Below are positions 42,352-53,229 of a stretch of DNA of 64,000 nucleotides, piece after piece. The notes beneath the pieces were generated by a model. It searched no databases, was not told the DNA's origin, and was given only the letters and a program-made list of their open reading frames with translations. The stretch covers positions 7,628,001 to 7,692,000 of the forward strand of contig CM075989.1 of NCBI GenBank assembly GCA_038087875.1. The letters are read 5' to 3'. Source of the DNA: Malacoraja senta. Taxonomy: Eukaryota. The position numbers and the translations under genes were made by a program. Each line of letters opens with the position of its first letter. Positions within the stretch are counted from its first letter, which is position 1.

Positions 42352-42746
42352 CACTTTAACTGCTACTCTCTCCGCAGCTGCTGCCTGACCTGCTAAGTTT
42401 TTCCAGCGATTTCAGTTTTTATTTGAGATTTCCAGCATCTGTTGGTGTGTGGATAGTCGCACCAGACAGCACGCTTCACTGGAGCTAAGGAAACAGTGTT
42501 GTGTGTTGTGCAAGCAACAGGCGCTCTGAGAGACAAGGTGACAGCCGTTTGTGCAGTGAAGTTCATACGTTCTAGGAGCAGAATTTGGTCATTTGGCCCA
42601 TCAAGTCTACTCCGCCATTCAATCGTGGCTGATCTATCGTTCCTGCTCAACCCCATTCTCCTGCCTTCTCCCCACAACCCCTGACACCCGTAATAATCAA
42701 GATCTGTCAAACCCGGCCTTAAAATTCTCGAATCATCGACACTCAC

Positions 42747-42892
42747 CACAACGGCTTTCTTCTCCTTGGGTTCTGCTGCGATGAAGTTCACCACAGAACG
42801 GACTAAAAGCAACAAGATGGACAGAATAAACGCCAGCAGCTCCTGCTGATTCTCCTGCAGAACCCCACGTAACATGTAGTAAATGCAGAACA
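42747..42892 (-). CDS. Membrane protein coding exon 3 (VFCIYYMLRGVLQENQQELLAFILSILLLLVRSVVNFIAAEPKEKKAVV)
   Basis: (CT)n plus ccag acceptor, GTGAGT donor; 146 nt, phase 1 to 0; hydrophobic translation. Confidence 0.9.
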
Positions 42893-45289
42893 CTGGAGAG
42901 AGAGAGGGAGAGGCAGAGAGAGCAGTGGATTAGTCCCAGAGTCACTGGCAGCACTCGTACTAATAAAGCATCTTAATCAACCGGGCTTCCAACTAAAATT
43001 CAATGGATCTTCGGGAGGCCAAGAACACAAAGACACAGAGATCTTAGTGAGAGGAGAGGCTATAATCAGGAAGCAATTGGAACAAGCACATTTTAATCAG
43101 CAGTCAGCATTGGATGCGAGCTGGGATAATGTTTGGTTGAAACTTGGTGCAAGTTTATCATGGACAACAAAACTGTGAGCTAAAGAGAGACACAAAAAGC
43201 TGGTGTAACTCAGCGGGACAGGCAGCATCTCTGGAGAGAAGGAATGGGTGACGTTTCGGGTCGAGACACTTCTTCAGACTGAAAGTTACGGGAAAGGGAA
43301 ACGAGAGAGATAGAAGATGATGTAGAGAGATAAAGAATAATGATGAATGAAAGATATGCAAAAAAGCAAGGATGATAAAGGAAACAGGCTATTGTCAGCT
43401 GTTTGTTGGGTGAAAATGATGAGCTGATGAGCTAAAACTTTGAGCGAAAATATACACAAAGTACTGGAGTAACAGCGGCTCAGGCAGCTTTGGAGAACAT
43501 GGATAGGTGACGTTTCAGGTCGGGACAAACTGTGAACTGTCATGTTTTACAGAGGCTTGTTTGAATGTTTCAGCAACTTAGAGTAGGTGATTGTAATGAG
43601 TTGGGAGGCTATTGACCTTATGAATGGAATTTGGACCTGATGATCACCTTAGGGTTTGTGTGTAAGTGTAATAAAAATAGCTGCGTAGGAAAGATCAGCA
43701 TATGCTGGTTTAAATCGAAGAGACACAAAAAACTGGTGTAACTTAGCGGGTCAGACAGCATCTCTGGAGGAAAGGCATAGGTGAGGTGTCAGGTGACCCT
43801 TCTTCAGAGTCTCGTCCCGATAATGTCACCTATTTCTTTTCTCCAGAGATGCTGTCTGACCATCTGAGTTAATAAAAAAATGCTGATGTCCAAGTTAACC
43901 ACAAGTTCCATTTTGTGAAGGCACTCAGAGTTTTAAGTTTCTTCCTGTTTGCTGGCAGAAGTGGCAGTAGAGGAAATGTTCGAGTGAGTGATTGCAAATA
44001 TCCTGACCGGCTGGGTACAGGCATTAGCAGTTCACTCGGTGTCAGAACAGTTAGTGTGAGGCTGGATGCAGGGGTCAGACACATACCGAGCAGTGACCTC
44101 TCCAGTGTATGACCCTTGCACATAAAAGGACTGGGTCAGAGGAGATAAAAGATGGGACCTTTAATTGTGGGAGAATGAGCCACTTTGCCTGCAACTGTGC
44201 GACATTCCATTGACAGTCTTGGGGGGGGGGGGGGGGGGGCATATTCAGGCGTGATACCCCAAGTATCTTAGCCTGAGAAAGTGCTGAAGAACGGCACACA
44301 TACACATTGTGTCAGCATAAATGACGCTGGTCAGCTATTTGTGATGTTGCCCCACTGATCAAGACAACAGCCAGTGTGTCAGTAGGATGAGTTAATAACA
44401 GGAGATGGGATTGCATCGGGCAGCCAGCAGTAGACGTGGGGTAGGAGGCAGGCGCAGCTGGTAGACCTGCTGCTGCACAGCGCCAGTGACCCAGGTTTGA
44501 TCCTGGTCTTGGGTGCTGCCTGTGTGGAGCTTGCACATCCTCCCTGTGACCGCGTGGGTTTCCTACGGGTGCATTGGGATTTTATGATCGTTTCCGTGAT
44601 TTTGGTCTTTGCTGCCTTTGACGTCTCCCATTCGGGAGAAAACTAGTTTCCTCCGACATCCCAAAGATGTGCGTGTTTGGGGGTTAATTGGCTTCTGTAA
44701 AATTGCTCCGAGCATGTGGGGAGTGGACGTGAGCGGGAGATAACATAGAACTAGTGTGAATGGGTGATCGATGGTCAGGCCAAAGCCTGTATCTGTCAAC
44801 TAAAAACTAAATCAGAAGAAAGGAGATCCCTTGTGCGTAAAATAACATTCCCTGCTTTTCCTGCTTGGAATGGAAAATCCACCCATTACTCGAATTTAGG
44901 AAGTGCAGTTTGAAACACTCTATGCTCATCCCAATTGGGCAATCTTTAATCAGGCATAATAAGGAAACAAGTCTAAATGGGAGACTGATTTATTTTGTGT
45001 AGATCGACTAGGTTTGTGTTCAGAAATGATTTGTACTGTGTAGGAACAAGGAAATTGCAGATGCTGGTTTACCAAGAAAAGACGGAAAATACTGGAGTTA
45101 CTCAGCAGGTCAGGCAACATCCCTGGACAATATGGATAGGTAATGCTTCGTACCCTGTGTATGAGTTATGGTGAAACTGGACGAAATGATCACGAGAAAG
45201 GAACATTGAGCAATTTCAGTCAGTGCTTGCGACAGATCAGATTTGTGGTAGATTTGAAGGGTGTGCTAATTCAAGTTCAAGTCCACATT

Positions 45290-46100
45290 TATTGTCACAT
45301 GCACCAATTAGGGTTGAGTGATATTTAAGTTTCCATACAGCCATGCAAGTAAAAAGAACACAATACACGATAGAGTTTAACATAAACATCCATCACGGTG
45401 TAATCAGCATTCCTCACTGTGATGGAAGGCGATAAAGTTCAGACAATCTTCCTCCTTTGTACACCCGTGGTCGGGGCCTTGAACCCTCCGCAGTCGCCGC
45501 TACGGATGGCCTGATGTACAAGCCCTCTCGCGGGATGATCGAAACGCCGACGTCGGGACGGATCAGAACACAATTTGGAGTTCCCGAATCGGCTGCTTCT
45601 TACCGGAGACCGCGGTTTCACGATGTTAAAGACCACGGGCCAGCGGTCGGAGCATTTCTTCTGGTGATCCCCGGCAAGGGATCCCAGGCTCCACGATGGT
45701 AAGTCCACGCCGCTCTCGCGGCTAGAAGCTCTGAAGACCGCTGCAGTCACCATGCCACCGCAGTCGGAGCTCCAAAGCTGGCGATCCTCGGCAAAAGATC
45801 CCAGGCTCCGCGATGGTAAGTCCGCGCCCCGCCTGCTGCTGAAGCTCTGGGCCGGTCTCCGGTCTGGGGAGGCCGCACCAAACCAGTTGTTAGGCCGCGA
45901 GGAAGGCGAAGATGCGACAAGGAGAAAAGTCACATCTCCGTCGAGGTAAGTGACTGAAAACGGTTTCCCCCTATTCCCCCCCGACCACCCCCCACATAAA
46001 ACATACCGAGAAATTAAACCATACATTCCGACGTGCTAAAAATAACAAAAAAAGTCGAAAGGACAGACGGGCTGCTGGCGAGGCTGCCGCTCGTGGAGCC
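45290..46100 (-). mobile_element. CpG-rich interspersed retro-repeat of about 0.8 kb; same family as 47170-47973(+)
   Basis: Reverse-complement similarity to 47170-47973; AATAAA plus short tandem tail. Confidence 0.7.
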
Positions 46101-47169
46101 ACCCGAAGGGCTAGGCTCCAGCCACAAACGCAGTCAGTACATTTTGAGGGAGCAGAGATGGGTGACGGGAAGTCCATGCACCAGCACGGGTTAAACCCCA
46201 TAGATTCCACCAACAATCACCCCCTGTACGGATCTCTGAAACCAGACTGCTCCAGGACTCTGACAATCGATTACATTTGATGGTCCCCACTGTGGCTGCA
46301 GCATAATGGGCAGTTTCTCCAGGGTGAATGGTTTACAGTATTAGGTGCGGCACAGTGGCGCAGTGCTGGAGTTGCTGCCTTAAAGCGCCATAGACATGTT
46401 TTTTTTTATCCTAACTACAAGTGTTGTCTGTACGGACTTTGCACATTTTCTCTGTGATCGTGTGGGTTTTCTCTGGGTGCTCTCGTTTCCTCCCACCCTC
46501 CGGTCAATGCATACTCGGTGGACCTAAGGGCCTGTTTCTGCGCTGTATCTCTAAACTAAACTAAAGTATCATCCATCAACGATGGATTCTGGTTTGTGCC
46601 ATTAGCTCAGGAATGTCAGTCTACATTCGAGACAGAAGGGATTGTATTTAGGGAGAGAAATCTCACAGGCAGAAACAGCACAAAACACAACAAGAACAAT
46701 AGAAACTATCTAGCTTGCTGTTGCCCTGGGATAGAGAGGCTCTGAGACAGTCTCAGGATAGGTGGCTGTCGCCAGAGTCACACTGAAGGGTTCAGGCACA
46801 AAGCTGTCCCCTTGTGCAGTCTGTCGATGAAAAACCCAGAATGTGTCTTGACTCCAGACGCTGCTAATGCCGATACACAATTAAAGGAGATTTCCGTTGC
46901 AGCAGCAACCTCACAAGCTGCATTTTGGCCATCCAGAATTCGACATACCTTGTTGAGCTAAGTTCAGTGACTATTCCACAGAAACATTTTCTGATACAAT
47001 TGCGTGAACAGTTAAAAGATGTCAGGCAGGATCAGACTGTTCACTGGATGTTTCTTTTACAATTTCAGTGGAACACAAAATCCACGACATGCCAAGTGTA
47101 TAAAATCATGCAACTAACAGTATTATATAAAGTATGATCAGAATATCACCAGATTATATATTACCATTG

Positions 47170-47973
47170 TTTATCACAGTGTGTTCGCTATTTCGACTAT
47201 TTTTGTTTTTTTGGTGAGTCTAATGTTAGCATTGGTTTCTCTTGGTGTGTCTTGTGCTGCGGGTGGTGGGGGGGAAAAGGGGGAAACCGCTTTCAGTCGC
47301 CTCCTTGGCGGAGAGGCGACTTTTTCCATGTCGCCTCCCTCGCCGCCTAACACCATGGATTGGAGCGGCCTTTCCCGGAGTTGGGCCCAGAGTTTCAGCA
47401 GCGGGCGCAGCGTGGACTTTATCCATCGCGGAGCGGGCGAACCCTTGCTGGGGGTCGCCAGAAAGGTGTGCTCCGATCGCTGGCCTGGTGACTTTGGCAT
47501 CGTGGAGCTGTGGTCTGCGGAGCTTCTAGCCACGGGCGTGACGTGGACTTACCATCCGGAGTCTGGGATCCCTTGCTGGGGATACTCGGAGAAGAGCTCC
47601 GACCGCCGGCCTGCGGCCTATAACATCCTGAAGCCGCGGTCTCTGGTAGGAAAGTGGCCAATTAGGGCAATTCAAGCCGCGAAGTGTGTTCGACCGTCAC
47701 AACGTCGGAGTTTCGATCATCCCGATGAGAGGGCCTGTACATCGGGCCGTCCGTAGCGGCGACTACAGAGGGTTCATGTCCCCGACCATGGATGAACAAA
47801 GGAGGACTGACTGAACTTTGTTGCCTTCCACCACAGTGAAGAATGCTGTGGTGGATGTTTGTGTTAAATTCTATTGTGTATTGTGTGTTCTTTTTTAAGT
47901 GTATCGCTGCTGGCAAATTCATTTCACTGCACCTTCGGGTGCATATGACGAATAAAATTGACTTTGACTTTGA
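47170..47973 (+). mobile_element. CpG-rich interspersed retro-repeat ending in AATAAA-(TTGACT)n
   Basis: Tail aataaaattgactttgactttga; homologous to 45290-46100. Confidence 0.7.
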
Positions 47974-48035
47974 CAATCTACACTGTCTTATCAAACCACA
48001 AAGTGCTAGAGGAACTCAGTGGGTCAGGCAGCATC

Positions 48036-48862
48036 TCAATTTCAATTTGTTTATTTGTCTTTTGGACAAATTTGTCGTTTGGACCCCTTGAGGTCCAAAC
48101 GAAATGTCGTTTCTGCAGCCATACATCACAAAACGAAGAAGACCCGAGACACAACACAATTTACACATACATCCATCACAGCGCTGTGATGGAAGGCAAA
48201 AACACGTATCTCTCCACTGCACTCCCCCCCCGATGTCAGAGTCAAAGTCAAAGCCCCTGGCGGGCGATGGTGATTATCCCGCGGCCATTAAAGCCACGCC
48301 GGGTGATGCAAGGTCGCGCACCGGGTCTTGGTGTTAGAGCCCCGGCGCGCGCTCGCAAAGTCCGGCGGCCATTCCAAGCCGCGCGGGGGGATAAAGCCCC
48401 GCTCCAGGTGCTCTTCAACCCCGCAACTCGGGCGGGAGAAGTCGCCGCTGTGGAAGCCCCGAAAATCGGTCTCCCACTAGGGGACCCGCAGGCTTCCGGA
48501 GTTGCCGTCCGCCAGACCCGCGGTTGTAGCCTCCGAATCTCCGGGGGTCGGGTCGCAGCAGCGATTGTTTCCACCCGCTCCGGACTCGGCCAGCCCCGTG
48601 ACGGTGAGTAGTCCGCAACTCTGCAACTGGAGCCCCAGGTCGTTCCTGCTGGAGGCCGCTCCACGTTGCCCAGCCCCAACGACAACGGAGACCCGACAAA
48701 GAAAAGGTCGGGTCTCCCGTGCAGGGGAAAGATTTCAAAGTCCCCCCCCCCCCCCCCACCCCACCCCACCCCCACCCCCCCACACACATACCCCGACAAA
48801 AAAATAAATAAAAAACGACATAAACATAAAAACGAGACAAAAATAATAAAAAAGACAGACGG
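48036..48862 (-). mobile_element. Related CpG-rich retro-repeat, more distant subfamily
   Basis: Shares catccatcac...ctgtgatggaaggc and the general layout with the two copies above; truncates a Penelope-derived repeat. Confidence 0.6.
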
Positions 48863-49200
48863 ACTGCAGTGATGTTGTGTGAAGTTGGGACATGCGGACA
48901 AGTTGGGCCAAAGGGCCTGCTTCCACGCTGTAACATTCTATGACTCTAAGTGAATGGACAGAAGGTGTTTCAGGTCGGAACCCTTCTTCAGACTGATCTA
49001 TCTGTCTATCAGCTGCCTTAACTATCTTAAAAACCGCAACTGAGACAGGCTGTAACCATCTGAATTCCAATTGAGTCTTAGAGTCATTCAGCGTGGAAAC
49101 AGGCCCCTCGGCCCAACCTGCCCACACCGACCAACATGTTCTATCTACACTAGTCCCACCTGCCTGCATTTGGCCCACATCCCTCTAAACCTGGTCGATC

Positions 49201-50174
49201 AACCAACACAGAGAAAAAGCTCATGATAAATGGCACAGAATAGAAAGAGTATCTGAAATAAAATTTCTTGGAGTATTAATTGACAACAAATTAACTTGGA
49301 AATCTCACATGAATTATATAAAAGCCACAATATCCAAATCAATTGCAATACTGAATAAAGCCCGAGACCTACTAAATCAAGCCTCCCTGTATATGTTGTA
49401 CTGCTCCCTCATACTCCCATACATGATCTACTGTGTGGAGGTATGGGGAAACACATACAAAACAAATACACACCAATCTACATCCTCCAAAAAAGAGCAA
49501 TACGAATTATACATAAAACCACCTACAATCAACAAAACCATTATTTATCAGACTAAAAACATTAAAATTTCAAGATCTGACAGATTTATAAAACTATCCA
49601 AATTATGTTCAAAGCAGCTAACCAGCAATTGCCTTGTAATATCCAGGGGTTGTTCCAACGGAGAGAAAGCAAACACAACCTGAGAGGAACCTATATATTC
49701 GAAAAACCGGCAATAAGAACTAATGCAAAACTCCATTGTGTTACAGCAAAGGGTGTTAGTCTCTGGAATAACTGCCATGATGAGCTGAAAAAATGTAAGA
49801 CTCTATTCAAACTAAAACACTCTTCAGAAACAAAAGATTGAATGGTTATGAGCTGGACAGTGATTTTCTTTTCTGTTTGGTTATTCTTGTTTGTGGACTG
49901 TTCAACAGATTTTGGGTCCATTTGTTCCCATTATTTTGTTTTTCCATGAAATGTATAGAAAATAAGAGGGGGTAGGACCAGAAAAGTTTTCGAACTTCTT
50001 CTTACCCCTTTTGAACATGAACGATATTATTTGTATTATTTGAGTTACTTATTTGCTTGTTTTCCTTTGTGTTTTATTTTATTTTTTATTGCTTATAAGT
50101 TTATTTGTGTTTGTATTTTTTAACATGTTCAATAAATATATAATAAAAAAATTAAAATTAAAAACTAAAAAAAA
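49201..50174 (+). mobile_element. AT-rich 5'-truncated LINE of a different clade (Crack/Daphne/L2-like) with an A-rich tail
   Basis: KFLGVLIDNKLTWKSH...LYCSLILPYMIYCVEVWGNTYKTN RT C-terminus; AATAAA and A-rich tail; CGATC on both flanks; splits a host repeat. Confidence 0.8.
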
Positions 50175-52233
50175 CGATCCTATCCATGTGCCTGTCTATA
50201 TGTTTCTTAAACGTTGCGATAATACCCGCCTCAACTACCTCCTCTGGCATATAGTTGTTTAATTTCCAGTATATTGATATTTAAGAATATTGTTTTACTT
50301 TGTGCCATGGTGGTGGGTATTGTTTTGTATTGTATATATTATTCTTGTAAGTAATTGATTTTAAATTATTTTTGGTAAAAAAAAAAATGAGTGACCGCAC
50401 CCTGGACTAAACATAATCTGTAACCCAGTTACTTTTCCTTTCCTTCCACAACCATCAGACACGTGAACACCAGCTGAACATCTCCACCCTGAACACAAGG
50501 AAACCGTACACTCCGACCACAGACCAGAGACAAAACTCTGCCTTGTTCCTAATGGGCTAATAAGGTTTAATTCATGAAATCATTAACTGTGATCTCAGTG
50601 AGCACGTGGTGAAAGTCCATTCATTGTCGTTAAGTAATTTAGAATCCCAGTCTACTAACTACTCACATTCCAGCTGTAATGAGCACAGGGGAAACCAGAC
50701 ATTTTTTAAAAGGTGCCTTGATTGACCCCTCTATTAATCGCCTCATTAAACATTTTGGATATCTCTTCAAAAAACTCCAACACGTTTCTGAGACACTATT
50801 TCTGATGCAAAAAGTTATTCTGACTGTCCCTAATCAGTCCATGTCAATCCAAATGCTGGTAGATCCTGTCCCTCAGAATCCCCTCCAGTAATTTACACAC
50901 CACTCATCGACCTTTACACTTTAGACTTTAGAGATACAGCACAGCAACAGGCTCTTCGGCCCACTGAGATCCATGCCAACCAACAATCACTAATCTACAC
51001 ACACTAGGGACAATTTTACAGCTTACCAAAGCCAATCAACCTACAAACCTGTACGTCTTTGAGTGTGGGAGGAAACCGGAGCACCTGGAGAAAACCTATG
51101 TGGTCACACGGAGAACGTACAAATTTAGCACCCATTGTCAGGATTGAACCCGGGTCCCTGGCACAGTAAGGCAGCAACTCTACTGTTGCACCACTGTGTC
51201 ACCCGTTAGTTTGCCTGTAATTCCCTGGCTTCTCCTTGCTGGCCTTCGTAACAATTGTACAACATTAGCCATCCTTCAGTCACCTGGAACTTCACCTGTG
51301 CCTGAAGATGAAGTCTGCTTAACTGATATTTCAATAACCTCCTCAAATATATCTGGCGATGAGTGTCTAAACTGAAAGAGCCCATTCCTCAGACTGGTCA
51401 AGGAATGTCTTAACATGACGATGTACTAGCCTCCTCCATCTCTGTCCTTGAATCTCCCCATCCCACCACCAGGACTGGCCCAACAAAGTGATAAACAGTG
51501 CTCCACACCAGGAGTTCTTGGACTCCTTTAATATTAGCTCCAAAGCCCATGAGTTCTCATGTTATCAGGTCAAACATGGTCAGGGAAAACCCCACCTAAT
51601 TATCATGCACCGTCCTCGCACACCTGAAGATCTGATGCTCCGTCATGGAACAAGCTCAGAGTAACAAACATCAGATACCTCACCTGTCAATGATGCCAAC
51701 ATACTTCACCCTAAGGAAACTTTCCATCGTTCTATGTGGCATGACCACATGATGAATGGGACAGAACATAGAAGAAAACTCTCGAGGTTTGACAGGTTGG
51801 ACAGGGCAATATAGGATAACGTTCATCGTGGTCCCACCCTCAAGCTTGGTGGTCGGCCATTCAGGACTACGATAAGGAGTAATATCTTCGTAGTGGGTGG
51901 TGAACCTTTTGAATTCTCTGCCCGAGAGAGTCACTGAGCATATTCAAGTCAATTCTTTCACAGTTTAGATATTAAGAGATTTGGAATTAGTGCAGGAAAG
52001 AAGTGCTGATGTTAAAGACGAGCCATGACCGTTGAATGGGAGAGAGGGGCTGAATGGCTGGCTCTCACTTCCAGCTCCTCTGCTCATGATGGATTTATGG
52101 TGAGGGACAGCGTAAAACACATTTGCACTAGAACGACATTCCAATTGTTTAACTTTCGTGTAAAAAAAAGAATCACAGCAATTTCTAGTCACGTTGTTAT
52201 TCGTCAACAGAACAGAAACTGAACGGACCATAC

Positions 52234-52410
52234 CTATGCCAATGAGCTGTATCACTGAGATGGCTACATCTTCCTTGTCTAATCCAGTAGTTCAGTTTTG
52301 TTCTGACGTACAATGCTTGCAATGTTAGCACCTAGCACAGTCAGGAGGGACAGGATTGCTGCAGAGACGTAGATCTTCTCTAACCAGGAGAGCTCTGAAC
52401 ATTGCTTGAC
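52234..52410 (-). CDS. Membrane protein coding exon 2 (VKQCSELSWLEKIYVSAAILSLLTVLGANIASIVRQNKTE/TGLDKEDVAISVIQLIGI), with an apparent 1-nt deletion
   Basis: Polypyrimidine tract plus ttag acceptor, GTATGG donor; hydrophobic helices lie in two frames that join if one A is restored near 52291; 177 nt where phase requires 178. Confidence 0.8.
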
Positions 52411-53229
52411 CTAAGAAAAGAGATGAGAAGGTGAGATGGAAACCAGACATTGAATTATCTTCTTGATACAATATTTACTTGATAAAACTCCAGTAAAATG
52501 AAACAAGCGAACTGGATGCTGAGTCCAATACAACATGAGTCCATGACGCTTCCTCACTGCCCTTCCCACTGAGTCCACTCCCACCATCGATCGCCCCTAC
52601 ACTGTTATCCCACTTTTGCATCCTACACACTAGAGGCGATTTACAGAAGCTAATTAACCTCCAAACCTGCAAGTCTTTGGAGTGTGGGGGGAAACCAGAG
52701 CACCCTGAGAAAACCCTTGCAGTCACTAGGAGAACATACAAACTCCGTGCAGACAGCACTATAGTCAGGATTGAACCAGATCTCTGGCATTGTAAGGCAG
52801 CAACTCTACTGCTGCTCCACCGTGTCGCCCGAGGTTATGCCCGAGTGGAAAGGTTATGGAGTTTCACAAAGACAATCTCTGAAGGGTACCCACTACCCAG
52901 CCTGTGACCTGTTCTTGTCGCCATAGTATTTTTGTGGCAGATCAAGTTGAGTGTCTAGTCAATGGTGACCCCAAGATGTTGTCAACATGGGGACTCAGCA
53001 ATGGTGACGTCATTGAATGTCAAGGGTTGGTGGGTTAGAGTCTTTCCTGTTGGAGATGGTTATTGCCAAGCACATTTGTGACATGAAGTTCACATGCTGT
53101 CTCACTTGCAACAGCATGCCATGCCTGAACTTTACCCAGGTCTTGCTGCATGCAGGCATGGGCTTCTTTGGACACTCAGGGGAAAAAAGGAAGTCAAGAG
53201 CTGAATGGCAAAGTGAACATGAAAGACAA

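Noticed and set aside
47181..48936. ORFs of 170-217 aa on both strands
   Set aside because: By-products of GC-rich repeats; no recognisable domains or splice structure.
50667..50673. Possible 7-nt micro-exon (cattacag|CTGGAAT|gtgagt, minus strand) that would numerically fix the exon 2 to 3 phase
   Set aside because: The premature TAG at 52281-52279 lies upstream within exon 2, so it cannot rescue the frame; probably chance.
51684..51731. Exon-like minus-strand segment MESFLRVKYVGIIDR with a GTGAGG donor
   Set aside because: Weak acceptor, incompatible phase, and exons 2 and 3 already join into a continuous helix.
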